Assembly: GCA_964291265.2 (NCBI GenBank)
Contig: OZ219746.1
Span: 128,001 to 192,000 of the forward strand
Direction: 5' to 3'
Source: Alphaproteobacteria bacterium
Lineage (GTDB): Bacteria; Pseudomonadota; Alphaproteobacteria; SP197
Length of the DNA stretch: 64,000 nucleotides
A program made the position numbers and the translations under genes. Positions 28,131-38,274 of this stretch are shown piece after piece (position 1 is the stretch's first letter; each line of letters starts with the position of its first letter). The notes under the pieces are model-generated. The model saw only the letters and a program-made list of their open reading frames with translations, did no database searches and was not told the DNA's origin.

Positions 28131-28686
28131 ACATCGCCGACGCCGCTTGCGCTTCGGCTTGACCGCTGCATGGGGACAATGCCGTCGAGAAATCGGTCGC
28201 GTGTACTCAGCGTGGTCATTCGGGCGCCACGGTGCACCGTGGCGTCACCGAGGCGTGGCGCCGGGACGGCAAGGCCCGGTCCTCGTCGGTGCGGTGCTTG
28301 CGGTGGAAGGCATGCCCATGCCGGTCGACCGGTTCGCCCAGGATTTCACTCTCGTATCGTCCTGACCGGGGCTGCCTTCAACTCGGGTGTAGTTCTCGTA
28401 TGGCGAAGCCAAGTCATTGAATTATCACGGTTGTGCGGTCGTGATGGAGCGGCGAATACGGGGTTTCGTGACAATTGTCCGTTTCAGGACCGGATCTTGT
28501 CACGACAGCAGGGCTTGGCGGTGGATGCGGGAACGCTCCGCGGCGCAAGATGCGATATGATGCTCCCAAGCTCGGGCCTCACCCAGCGATCGAAGCGGAA
28601 TGGCCTGCTACAACCCGGCGCATGGTTCGCCGGGCACGGCTTGTCGGCCTCGACCTGGCAGACTGCCCTGGAGCACGAGACCACGC

Positions 28687-29199
28687 TCATCGACGGGGTT
28701 CCGCCAGATCCTCAAGCCGCGCACTGACTTCGTGTGAGGGCAAGAACACCGTCTCATCTGATTGCCACGCCTCGAGCGCCCGACCGAGAATCGATCTGCT
28801 GCAGACTGCCGCAGCCTTGAGCTCGTCGACCACCCAGAGCACGCCGTGGACCCGCAGCCCGTTCGCCTCAGCAACTCTGCGCAGCAGGGCATCGCCCGTG
28901 AGCAGAATGCCTGGATAGGCTTGAGCAGTGGCCAGGCAGAAGCAGTCGTTGGCGGAGATGCCCGCATGACGTTCCTTCACGGCGAGCGCCAGGCCGACTT
29001 CTTCCGATGTCAGGTCGTGCGTGATCATGCCGGCCTCGTCGAGCGCCCGCCAGTCGGCTTCCGAAAGGCCGAGTACTTCTGACGCCCGCACGGACAATGA
29101 AATCACGAATTGACAGGGCAGATCGCAAACGACGCCCAGCAGACCTCCCTTGCGGAGGTCGATCAGGCAGGAGGCGTCGTTGACGATGACGCAGGTCAA
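28687..29199 (-). CDS. PIN domain protein
   Basis: IVNDASCLIDL, SANDCFCL, LLTGDALLR, HGVLWV; 4-nt overlap with the upstream gene. Confidence 0.85.
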   Translation of the reverse strand: MTCVIVNDASCLIDLRKGGLLGVVCDLPCQFVISLSVRASEVLGLSEADWRALDEAGMITHDLTSEEVGLALAVKERHAGISANDCFCLATAQAYPGILLTGDALLRRVAEANGLRVHGVLWVVDELKAAAVCSRSILGRALEAWQSDETVFLPSHEVSARLEDLAEPRR

Positions 29200-30275
29200 T
29201 GGATATCAGGGCCGCTGATCTGCCGCTCGACGGACTCGAGGGACTGGTTGAGCAGTGCGGCCGCACGCACCGGCGAGATCAGCTTCTCGCCCATCGCGCG
29301 GGAGACGAGTCGCTTGAAGCGACAAGGCTTCTCGAAAGCCGCGAACCCATGCTCGGCCTGGATCGGGTCCGGTTCCGACTTCCGCCAGGTCCGGGCAAAC
29401 GTCGCGAACGCGCGCTGCACGGAGCCCTCGGACAGCACGCCCACCTGCCCCAGACGCATCAGCAGGGCCGCCGCCGACACGCCGTAGATGTGCTTCAGAC
29501 GGACGATCTCGTAGTAGGTAACCCTGCGGCGACCGGCCCCGACCTTGTCCCGAAGGCTCTGGCCAGGAACCAGAAACGCGCCGGCGAAGCGGTTCATCGC
29601 TCGCTCGAGGTTGATCGCGGGATGGCCGGTGGAACGGATGATCCGGTGCGCGAGCTCATGGGCCAACGTGAACCTCCTGCGCTCGACATTGACCCGGCTG
29701 GACACCACGACGGCCTCAGCGACGATCTCTCCGCCTCGCAGAACGTGGCACGAGAGCCCATTGATACTCTCCGGGAGGTCGGCTTCCACCACCTTGATTC
29801 CCTTGTCTTCAAGCAACTCGCACAAACTGGGAATCGGGTCGAGGCCAAGAGCCCAGACTCCGCGGAGTTCATCGGCCCGCTCGTCGATCCGGGTTTCGCT
29901 CGCGACGCAGTCGTGTGGCCGCGTCTCCACCCAGTCGACGCCAGCCTCGATGTCGAGGATGTGCTCGATGGCGAGGTAACGCTCCAGGCTGTCGATCACA
30001 ACCGCCTCGGCCCTTGCGCGATCGCGGGCCGAAGCGCCGGACTGCTTGCGGAACTCGACTGCTTCGAGCACCTCGACCTGCGCGCTCATCAGGAAATCCA
30101 GCGAGACGCCAAGAGTCTTCCCGAGGCCGACCAGCACGGCCGAGGAAGGCAGCATCTTGCCCGCCTCGTACTTGCTGACCGCCTGAGCGGTCACTTTCGG
30201 ATTCGTCGCGTCCGCGAGCGCCCGCATCGACAGACCTGCCCGTTTCCGGGCGAGACGGAGCCGTTGCCCAAACAT
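29196..30275 (-). CDS. XRE HTH + ImmA/IrrE zinc metallopeptidase
   Basis: MFGQRLRLARKRAGLS..AVSKYEAG; RRFTLAHELAH; ANRFAGAFL-like segment. Confidence 0.92.
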   Translation of the reverse strand: MFGQRLRLARKRAGLSMRALADATNPKVTAQAVSKYEAGKMLPSSAVLVGLGKTLGVSLDFLMSAQVEVLEAVEFRKQSGASARDRARAEAVVIDSLERYLAIEHILDIEAGVDWVETRPHDCVASETRIDERADELRGVWALGLDPIPSLCELLEDKGIKVVEADLPESINGLSCHVLRGGEIVAEAVVVSSRVNVERRRFTLAHELAHRIIRSTGHPAINLERAMNRFAGAFLVPGQSLRDKVGAGRRRVTYYEIVRLKHIYGVSAAALLMRLGQVGVLSEGSVQRAFATFARTWRKSEPDPIQAEHGFAAFEKPCRFKRLVSRAMGEKLISPVRAAALLNQSLESVERQISGPDIH

Positions 30276-30701
30276 TTATCCCTTCCTTCGTTAACCCAAG
30301 GTTTATATATGGGATGTTCCTGCATTTTTGTAAACCAACAACCGGCCCTTCACATCTCGACTCGGCATCAACCTCGATATGGTCTGAAAGACGGTACGGG
30401 GAGACGTGCCCGAACCGGTCACTCCGCTTGAGCGTGTCTTGAGCCTCCCGCGCCACCCGCTACACACCGCGTCGAACCGCACGCCCTGCGCATAGAGGGT
30501 CGCGCACACGCTGATCGCACAATTCGGCGATCTCGAACTTGTTCCTGTTTCCGGCGGCATCTCTTGCGCGTCCCGCTGGTCGAAACCCTTCAACTCCGCC
30601 ATCCCGGCGATCTTGTGAGCGCTCCCCTCTCTCATATATGATATGTCAGGTTTCTCGAAGGACCTTCCGAGGTCAGGAGAGGTGCACCGGCAGGGCAGGT
30701 C

Positions 30702-31526
30702 ATGAGTCATTGGGATCTTGACGATATCGATTGGCAAGCCTTCGATCGGCCCAGTGTCGTTCCCGACATGGTTCGCATCGTCAAGGCTGCTTCGCTGGTC
30801 GAGTACAACGGCGATCTCTATGGCCGGTATCTGGCGAACATCTTTGCGGGCGACGATGCCTTCGTCGCAGCCGCGGAAACCTGGGCCACGGAAGAGGTGC
30901 GCCATGGCGTCGCCCTGGGGCGTTGGGCCACCATGGCTGACCCTGCCTGGGATTTCGAAACGGCGCGGGAGCGATTCAGGTCCGAATGCAACCAGGTCGA
31001 TCTCAGCCTCGAGCACTCGGTGCGTGGTTCGCGTTTCAGCGAACTGGTCGCCCGCTGCATCGTCGAGGTGGGAACGTCGTCCTACTACACCGCCCTTGCC
31101 GATGCGACGAAGGAGCCCGTCCTGAGGCAGATCTTCAGGAAGATCGCGGCCGACGAGTTCCGTCACTACAAGCTGTTCTACGACCACATGAAGCGGTATC
31201 GGGCGATCGACAATCCCAATCTCCTGACACGGGTCCGTGTCGCCGTGACCCGCCTTGCCGAATCGGAGGATGACGAACTCGCCTTCGCCTACTACATCGC
31301 CAACAACGTTCCGGAGGCCTACGACCGGAAGGCCTGCGCCGCTGCCTACGGCAGCCGGGCCCTGCCGCACTACCGGCGAAACCACATCCGCCTGGCCGTC
31401 AACATGACGACGAAGGCCATGGGTCTGGAACCGAGGAGCCGCCTGGCCTCCCTGATTGCATGGGTTGTCTGCCGCCTCTTCGAATGGCGCCGCCAGCGCC
31501 TTCTGCAACAGGCTCCCGCCTATTGA
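30702..31526 (+). CDS. Ferritin-like (acyl-ACP desaturase-like) di-iron protein
   Basis: LVE, WATEEVRHG, VEVGTSSYY, IAADEFRHY (two EXXH motifs). Confidence 0.85.
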   Translation: MSHWDLDDIDWQAFDRPSVVPDMVRIVKAASLVEYNGDLYGRYLANIFAGDDAFVAAAETWATEEVRHGVALGRWATMADPAWDFETARERFRSECNQVDLSLEHSVRGSRFSELVARCIVEVGTSSYYTALADATKEPVLRQIFRKIAADEFRHYKLFYDHMKRYRAIDNPNLLTRVRVAVTRLAESEDDELAFAYYIANNVPEAYDRKACAAAYGSRALPHYRRNHIRLAVNMTTKAMGLEPRSRLASLIAWVVCRLFEWRRQRLLQQAPAY

Positions 31527-32035
31527 CATCCTCGCGCCGAGAGGCTTGAGGTGTCGTCTCGGTCGAGGAGGTCGGCGAACGCGGTGAAGATGTCACGGTA
31601 CATCTGACGCTTGAACGCGACGATGCCGGCCTCGATGGCGTCGGCATGCATCCAGCGCCATGCGCCGAATTCGGGATGGTCGGTGCCGCGAACGTCGATG
31701 GCATCGTCCGTTCCCTCGAAGCGCATGGCGAACCACACCTGTCTTTGGCCGCGGTACCGGCCATTCCAGGTTCGGCTGACGAGCTCCGGGGGGAGATCGT
31801 AGGTGAGCGCCTCGCGGGTCGCACGAAGCACCGTGACAGAACGGATTCCGGTTTCCTCGGCGAGTTCACGCAAGGCTGCCTCGAGGGGTTTCTCTCCCTT
31901 GTCGATTCCGCCCTGGGGCATCTGCCAGACACCGGGCAGGTCAAGTCTCTCGCCGACAAGGACCCGGCCTGCGTCGTTGAGCAGAACGATGCCCACGCCT
32001 TGCCGCCACGGCAGGCGCGGGTGCCGGGACGTCAT
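31520..32035 (-). CDS. rppH: RNA pyrophosphohydrolase
   Basis: WQMPQGGID.GE....AALRELAEETG, YRGQRQVWF, PEF..WRW. Confidence 0.95.
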   Translation of the reverse strand: MTSRHPRLPWRQGVGIVLLNDAGRVLVGERLDLPGVWQMPQGGIDKGEKPLEAALRELAEETGIRSVTVLRATREALTYDLPPELVSRTWNGRYRGQRQVWFAMRFEGTDDAIDVRGTDHPEFGAWRWMHADAIEAGIVAFKRQMYRDIFTAFADLLDRDDTSSLSARGCQ

Positions 32036-33294
32036 CGTGACGCCAGAGCGATGCCTTCAATGAGATCGAGTGCCCGGCTCAACTGATAGTCATTCATCGC
32101 CTGTTCGCTGCGCCGGGAGGAATCCTTGTCCTCGTCTTCGGCGGGAAGGGTGTTTCCGGCCTCGAGGCTGTTGGCGAGATCGGCCTCGCCGAGGCGTTCC
32201 ACGTCATGGGACTGGATAACCGCTTCCTCGACGATGATGTCCGGCGAGATGCCGGTTCCCTGGATCGACATGCCGGAAGGCGTGTAGTAGCGGGCGGTCG
32301 TCAGGCGCATGGCGCCGCCGCTGGCCAGGGGTATGAACGACTGGACCGATCCCTTTCCGAAGGACTGAGTCCCCATGATGATGGCCCTGCGGTGATCCTG
32401 CAGGGCGCCGGCGACGATCTCGGAACCCGAGGCGGAGCCGCCGTTGATCAGCACGATCATCGGCAGTCCCGACGCAAGGTCGCCGCTCTCGGAATGAAAG
32501 CGCTGGGCATCGTCCTTCCGGCGTCCGCGGGTCGAGACGATTTCCCCCTGTTCAAGGAAGGAGTCGGCGACGGAGATGGCCTGGTCGAGCAGGCCCCCGG
32601 GGTTGTTGCGCAGATCCAGGACGATGCCCTGAAGACCGTCGGCCGCGGCCTCTCCGATAGCCTCCATGGCGTCGTCGACGCCGCCCTGGGTCTGCTGAGT
32701 GAAGGACGTGATGCGCACGTAGCCTACCTTCTTCTCGAGACGCCATCGCACCGACTGGATGGTGATGATGGCACGGATGATGGTGAAATTGATGGGCTTG
32801 TCGACGCCCTCGCGGACAACGGTGAGCGTGACTTCGGAATCGGGAGGGCCGCGCAGCCGGTCCACCGCTTCGTTGAGGGTGAGACCAAGCAGGGGCTCAT
32901 CGTCGAGATGGGTCACGAAGTCACCGGCCTTGATGCCGGCGCGCTGCGCCGGCGTGTCATCGATCGGCGCCACGACCTTGACGAAGCCGTTTTCCATGGT
33001 GACCTCGATCCCCAGGCCGCCAAACTCCCCGGTGGTCTGGACCTGGGCTTCGGCATAGGCATCGGGCGAGAAATAGCTCGAATGGGGATCAAGAGAACCC
33101 AGCATGCCCTCGATGGCGGCTTCGATCAGATCGGAATCGGAGACCTCCTCGACGTAGTCCGAGCGAAGGCGTTCGAATACGTCGCCGAAGAGATCAAGGG
33201 CGCGCCACGTGTCGTCGCCGGATGCCGCCGCGTACCCCGGGCCCTGCAGGACCAGAAGACCGAGGACGATCGCCAGGGAAGTCGTTCGTTTCAT
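32032..33294 (-). CDS. ctpA: Carboxyl-terminal processing protease S41
   Basis: LDPHSSY, PDZ domain, DLRNNPGGLL, SASGSEIVAGALQD, FGKGSVQ. Confidence 0.93.
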   Translation of the reverse strand: MKRTTSLAIVLGLLVLQGPGYAAASGDDTWRALDLFGDVFERLRSDYVEEVSDSDLIEAAIEGMLGSLDPHSSYFSPDAYAEAQVQTTGEFGGLGIEVTMENGFVKVVAPIDDTPAQRAGIKAGDFVTHLDDEPLLGLTLNEAVDRLRGPPDSEVTLTVVREGVDKPINFTIIRAIITIQSVRWRLEKKVGYVRITSFTQQTQGGVDDAMEAIGEAAADGLQGIVLDLRNNPGGLLDQAISVADSFLEQGEIVSTRGRRKDDAQRFHSESGDLASGLPMIVLINGGSASGSEIVAGALQDHRRAIIMGTQSFGKGSVQSFIPLASGGAMRLTTARYYTPSGMSIQGTGISPDIIVEEAVIQSHDVERLGEADLANSLEAGNTLPAEDEDKDSSRRSEQAMNDYQLSRALDLIEGIALASR

Positions 33295-34406
33295 CGTTTG
33301 CTCTCTTCGGTGAAGGTCGCGGTCAGCCAGTCCGGGGCGTGCTCGGGAATCCCCTTGTAGCGGAGTTCTACATAGAGGGTTCGCTTTTCGGTGTCATCCG
33401 TTGCCATGACGGCGACGGGCTGTCCGGCCACCAGCCACTCGCCTGTTTCGACGGTGCTGCGTTCAAAGCCGAGAAGGATCGTCCGGTAGTTGTCACCGTG
33501 ATCGATGACGAGAAGCCGCCCATGTCCGGCAAAGGGGCCTGAATACAGGACGATGCCATCGAATGGCGAGATGACCGGTTCATCCGGCGCCGTCGCGATG
33601 AAGACCCGGCGCCCCCCGTCAGGCGCGCCGCGTGCGGGGTAGGGCAGGGTCCCCTTCCGGGATTCGATGTCCGTCGCCATCAGGGCCGCACGGATATCCG
33701 CCGTCAGGATGTTGTCCGTGGACCCCTGTGTCCTCGATCCTGCTGCGATGCGGTACAGAAACGAGGTCAGGGTCTCCGGAATTCCGATCACGGGTTTCCG
33801 CACGACCGTCAACGGCGCCAGAATCTCCCGGACGCGCCTGCTCGCGGCGTCGAGTTCCTCCTGGATGGCGTGGAGACTCCCGAGTGTGTCGAGTCGGGCC
33901 GAATCCACGTCTTCTCGGATGGCGCCGAGCGCACTCAACTCCTCGAGGCGCCGTGTCATGTCCTTGATGTGTTCCTCGATGCCGGTCACAAGGGCGCGGG
34001 CGACAACCGAGGATCGGTGCACGAAGGACAACGACGCCGGCATCGCGATGACGACCCCGGGCGGGATACCGGACACCCGGTGGAGTACGCTGATACGTGT
34101 GCTCCAGGTCTCGCGATGGGGTTCGAGATCCATCAGTTCGACGTCGATCCTGCGATCGATATCGTCGAGACCCTCTTCGATCGACTCGAGGATGTCGGCA
34201 AGGCGGCGCCTTTCCGATTCTCCGGACAACAGCGTGTCGCGCAGGGACGCGAGGTCGGTCGTCGAAGGGGAAGGTTCCGCGGCCGGACCATCCTTGCCCG
34301 TGGAGATCAGGGTCTCGAGGTCGCCCGGAGTGTTCTCACCCGGAACGGGCGAGTGGACAAGGAGACCCGCTGACAGGAGCAGGGGCGCCAGGCGGAAACG
34401 GCTCAT
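33291..34406 (-). CDS. envC: Murein hydrolase activator EnvC-like (coiled coil + degenerate M23)
   Basis: Coiled coil, then SPFDG.VLYSGPF.GHG.LLVIDHG, LYVELR; lies between gpmI and ctpA. Confidence 0.75.
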   Translation of the reverse strand: MSRFRLAPLLLSAGLLVHSPVPGENTPGDLETLISTGKDGPAAEPSPSTTDLASLRDTLLSGESERRRLADILESIEEGLDDIDRRIDVELMDLEPHRETWSTRISVLHRVSGIPPGVVIAMPASLSFVHRSSVVARALVTGIEEHIKDMTRRLEELSALGAIREDVDSARLDTLGSLHAIQEELDAASRRVREILAPLTVVRKPVIGIPETLTSFLYRIAAGSRTQGSTDNILTADIRAALMATDIESRKGTLPYPARGAPDGGRRVFIATAPDEPVISPFDGIVLYSGPFAGHGRLLVIDHGDNYRTILLGFERSTVETGEWLVAGQPVAVMATDDTEKRTLYVELRYKGIPEHAPDWLTATFTEESKR

Positions 34407-35935
34407 CGACGTATCGAGAGCAGCGACGTTCCGGACATCTCGTCCGGCTGTGCGAGGCCCAGGAGGTGAAGCAGGGTGGGCGCGAGATCCTGCAGGGACC
34501 CCGAACGAAGTCTCCCGCCGGGCGGGCCATGGACCAGGGCCAGGGGAACGGGGTTGGTCGTGTGAGCCGTGTGAGGGCCGCCGTTGACCGGATCCACCAT
34601 GGTCTCGATGTTGCCGTGATCGGCGGTGACCACGAGACAGCCTCCCCTGTCGGCGACCGCGTGCGCCATGGCGCCGAGACACTGATCGACGGCTTCAACC
34701 GCCTTCACGGCTGCCGGAAGGACGCCGGTATGGCCGACCATGTCGGGATTGGCGACGTTGCAGATGATGACATCGAAGGTGTTGTCGCGCACGGCCGACA
34801 CGAGCCGCTGCGCCACCTCGAATGCCGCCATTTCGGGCTTGAGATCGTATGTGGCGACGTCAGGCGATGGCACGAGAATGCGTTCTTCCGCCGGAAAGAC
34901 CTGCTCTCGTCCGCCATTGAAGAAGTACGTGACGTGGGCATACTTTTCGGTCTCGGCGATGCGCAGCTGGCGCATGCCGGCGTCGGCAATCAGACTGCCG
35001 AAACTTCGATTCACCTCCGGGGACGGAAACATCGCCGGCAGGTGTCGATCGAGATGGGCGGCATAGGGAACCATGCCGACACACCCGGCGAGCTGCAGTC
35101 TTCTGTCCCTGTCGAAGCCGGTGAAGCCGGGGTCGACGAGGGCGCCTGTGATCTGTCGTGCCCTGTCGGCACGGAAATTCGCCATGACGAGGCCATCGCC
35201 GTCACGCATGCCGGAGTAGGCGCCGATGACTGCGGGCGTGACGAACTCGTCAGTCAGCGCCGCTGCCCGGGCACTCTCGATGGCCTCGCCGATCGTGCCG
35301 AATCGTGCGCCGTCTCCCTTGACCATGGCCGCCCAGGCCCGCTTCACCCGCTGCCAGCGCCGGTCCCGGTCCATGGCATAGTAGCGTCCGGTCAGGGTCA
35401 CGATCCGGGCGTGGGGCGCGGCGGCGGCAAAGCGTTCGAGAAAGGACCCGGCGCTTGACGGCGGGGTATCGCGACCATCGAGGAAGGCGTGGACGGCCAC
35501 ATCGATCCCCTGATCATGGAGCGTGTTGGCAATTGCTGCCATGTGGTCCTGATGACTGTGGACGCCGCCGGGCGACAGGAGCCCGGCGAGGTGGCACACG
35601 CCTCCGCTGCGTCCAAGCGCCCCGGCCAGGTCTCCAAGAAGCGGATTGCCGGCCAGGGATCCGTCGCGAACGGCAGCGTCAATACGCGGCAGGTTCTGCA
35701 TGATCATGCGGCCCGCACCCATGGTGAGATGGCCGACTTCGGAGTTCCCCATCTGGCCGCATGGCAGTCCGACGGCTTCACCGGATGTCGCGAGCGTCGT
35801 CATGGCATGGGAGTTCGCGATGGCAGACCAGGTGGGTGTTGCCGCCCGGCTGATGGCGTTGCCCGGCCCGGATTCGGCAAGACCCCAGCCGTCAAGGATG
35901 CAAAGGACCAGTGGTCGGGGGATCATGTCGGACAT
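34403..35935 (-). CDS. gpmI: 2,3-bisphosphoglycerate-independent phosphoglycerate mutase
   Basis: LCILDGWG, GQMGNSEVGH, GRYYAMDRD, AETEKYAHVTYFFNGG, TADHGN. Confidence 0.97.
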   Translation of the reverse strand: MSDMIPRPLVLCILDGWGLAESGPGNAISRAATPTWSAIANSHAMTTLATSGEAVGLPCGQMGNSEVGHLTMGAGRMIMQNLPRIDAAVRDGSLAGNPLLGDLAGALGRSGGVCHLAGLLSPGGVHSHQDHMAAIANTLHDQGIDVAVHAFLDGRDTPPSSAGSFLERFAAAAPHARIVTLTGRYYAMDRDRRWQRVKRAWAAMVKGDGARFGTIGEAIESARAAALTDEFVTPAVIGAYSGMRDGDGLVMANFRADRARQITGALVDPGFTGFDRDRRLQLAGCVGMVPYAAHLDRHLPAMFPSPEVNRSFGSLIADAGMRQLRIAETEKYAHVTYFFNGGREQVFPAEERILVPSPDVATYDLKPEMAAFEVAQRLVSAVRDNTFDVIICNVANPDMVGHTGVLPAAVKAVEAVDQCLGAMAHAVADRGGCLVVTADHGNIETMVDPVNGGPHTAHTTNPVPLALVHGPPGGRLRSGSLQDLAPTLLHLLGLAQPDEMSGTSLLSIRR

Positions 35936-35967
35936 GGCTCGACCCTCGTCAGAGCCGACCAGCGGCG

Positions 35968-36342
35968 TCAGGCAGTGGCTTCCACGGGAAGCGAGGCGGG
36001 CATCGCCCACATCCGTTCCAGGTGATAGAGACTGCGCAGTTCATTGTGGAAGATATGGACGATCACATCGCCCAGATCGATCAGGATCCAGTCGCCGGGA
36101 TCGTATCCTTCCATGCGGGCGACACGTCGTCCATGGCCCTTGAGGGCTGTGGAGACCCTGTCGGCCAGGGCCGTAACCTGTCTTCGGGTCTGTCCGCCGC
36201 ACACGATCATGGAATCGGCGAACGTTGTCTTCCCGACAAGGTCGATGACCACAACGTCATCCGCCTTGCCATCTTCCAGTACCTTCGTCGTCACGCCGAC
36301 GAGGTCCAGGTCCTCATCCCTGGAAGCGGTTTCATGAGGAAT
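35968..36342 (-). CDS. rsfS: Ribosome silencing factor
   Basis: K.DDVVVIDL, D.MIV, WILIDLGDVIVHIF...R..YHLER.W; start is GTG 36294 or ATT 36342. Confidence 0.9.
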   Translation of the reverse strand: MPHETASRDEDLDLVGVTTKVLEDGKADDVVVIDLVGKTTFADSMIVCGGQTRRQVTALADRVSTALKGHGRRVARMEGYDPGDWILIDLGDVIVHIFHNELRSLYHLERMWAMPASLPVEATA

Positions 36343-36991
36343 GGATGAATCCCCCCCTTCTCATGTCACGGTTGGTTTGGTCGGCGAAGGCGAAACGCAC
36401 ATCGCCCGATCTGATGGCCGTTGCCGAGGCGTCGTGTCTGTGGCCGACAATGAGCGCCCAGACCGGTGGTTTCCTCAAGACCAGGGATCTCGCCAGGTGT
36501 CCCGGTATGCGACAACGTCGGTAGCGTATGGCTGCCCTGCCCGTCAGACTTCTCAGAGAATAGGGAGCCCGGTCGAACACTGCAATGGGGATCATGGCAA
36601 AGAGTCGCTCCCAGTGCTTCCACAGGTGGATCTCGGCAAGGTTGTCAGCTCCCATGAGCCAGGCGAATCGACAGACCGGCGCCCGGCGCCTGAGGCAGGC
36701 GATGGTATTGACCGTGAAGTGTGTGCCAAGATCAGCCTCAAGCCCGGTCACCGAGATTCGTGCACCGCCCGCAAAGCTCCTGGCCCTCTCCAGCCGTTCG
36801 GGAAAGGGCATCATGCCGTGGACGGGCTTGAGAGGGTTGTGCGGCGCCACCAGCCACCACACCTCGTCGAGGCCCAGCTGACGGCGGGCGACGTGACTGA
36901 CAAGGAGATGCCCCTCGTGTGCGGGATTGAACGAACCACCGAGAAGGCCGATGCGCCGGCCACAACCGGCAGGGGGAATGGGATGAATCAG
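36332..36991 (-). CDS. nadD: Nicotinate-nucleotide adenylyltransferase
   Basis: IGLLGGSFNPAHEGH, WLMGADNL, SATAIR; start probably non-canonical at the proA stop. Confidence 0.93.
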   Translation of the reverse strand: MIHPIPPAGCGRRIGLLGGSFNPAHEGHLLVSHVARRQLGLDEVWWLVAPHNPLKPVHGMMPFPERLERARSFAGGARISVTGLEADLGTHFTVNTIACLRRRAPVCRFAWLMGADNLAEIHLWKHWERLFAMIPIAVFDRAPYSLRSLTGRAAIRYRRCRIPGHLARSLVLRKPPVWALIVGHRHDASATAIRSGDVRFAFADQTNRDMRRGGFIHSS

Positions 36992-38274
36992 GGCCGGGTC
37001 TGTCCGCTGCCGCGCACGATGTACTTCATGGTGGTCAGCTGTTCGACGCCCACCGGTCCCCGTGCATGCAGCCTGCTTGTTGAAATGCCGATCTCGGCCC
37101 CCATGCCGAACTCGCCACCGTCGGCAAACTGTGTCGACGCATTCCACATGGCGATGGCGCTGGGCGTACGGGCGAGGAAGTACTCGGCAACGGTCTCGTT
37201 GTTCGTGACAATGGTGTCGGTGTGTTCCGAACCGTGCCGCCTGATATGGTCGAGGGCGCCATCGACCCCATCGACGGAGGCGACCGAGATCACCGCATCG
37301 AGGTACTCCGTCGACCAGTCGTTGGCGGAAGCCGGTTTCACCCTGGGATCGAGTGGCGCGGTGGAGCGGTCACCGCGGACCTCGCATCCCTGGTCCAGGA
37401 GGGCCTGGACGATGGTCCTTCTCGTGACATCGCCAAGAGAGTTGTCGAGCAGCAGCGTTTCCGCGGCGCCGCAGATGCTGGTGCGCCGCATCTTGGCATT
37501 GATGGCGATGTCGCATGCCATGTCCGGGTCGGCATCGGCATCGACATAGACGTGGCAAAGCCCGACGAGGTGGGCGAGCACGGGGACGCGGCTCTCGCGC
37601 TGCACCCGCTCCACGAGCGAAGGGCCGCCGCGTGGCACGATGATGTCGATCCAGCGGGTCATGGTGAGCATTGCGCCCACAGCGGCACGATCGGTGACCG
37701 GCACCATCTGGATGGCATCTTCGGGAAGGCCGGCGTCCGCCAGTCCCTCTCGCAGGCACCTCGCAATCACGCGGGACGTGGCGACACTCTCCGAGCCGCC
37801 GCGCAGGATGGCCGCATTCCCCGACTTGAGACAGAGCGCCCCGGCGTCCGCCGTCACGTTGGGGCGCGACTCATAGATGATTCCGATGACGCCGAGCGGA
37901 ACCGAAACCCGTGCGATATCGAGACCGTTGGGCCGGTTCCAGCGGGCGAGTTCGCGCCCCACCGGATCGTCCAGGAGCGCGATGGCGTCGAGTGCGGCGG
38001 CCATCGATTCGATCCTGGCATGATCGAGAGTGAGGCGCTCGAGCATCGGTGCCGACATGTTCGCCGCCCGAGCCCTGTCGAGATCGGCGACGTTGGCGGC
38101 AAGAATGTCGTCGCGGCCGTCCCGCAGACGGAAGGCTGCGCGATTGAGGGCACGCCGTTTTCGTGTATCCGGCGCATGGGCCAGAACTCCGGCAGCGTGG
38201 CAAGCGGCCCGGCCAAGATCCTCCATCATGTCCGTGACGGCATGGGTGTCCTCGCGTCGGGCGGTTCGGGTCAT
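36988..38274 (-). CDS. proA: Glutamate-5-semialdehyde dehydrogenase
   Basis: PLGVIGIIYESRPNVT, ICGAAETLL, NASTQFADGGEFGMGAEIGIST. Confidence 0.97.
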   Translation of the reverse strand: MTRTARREDTHAVTDMMEDLGRAACHAAGVLAHAPDTRKRRALNRAAFRLRDGRDDILAANVADLDRARAANMSAPMLERLTLDHARIESMAAALDAIALLDDPVGRELARWNRPNGLDIARVSVPLGVIGIIYESRPNVTADAGALCLKSGNAAILRGGSESVATSRVIARCLREGLADAGLPEDAIQMVPVTDRAAVGAMLTMTRWIDIIVPRGGPSLVERVQRESRVPVLAHLVGLCHVYVDADADPDMACDIAINAKMRRTSICGAAETLLLDNSLGDVTRRTIVQALLDQGCEVRGDRSTAPLDPRVKPASANDWSTEYLDAVISVASVDGVDGALDHIRRHGSEHTDTIVTNNETVAEYFLARTPSAIAMWNASTQFADGGEFGMGAEIGISTSRLHARGPVGVEQLTTMKYIVRGSGQTRP

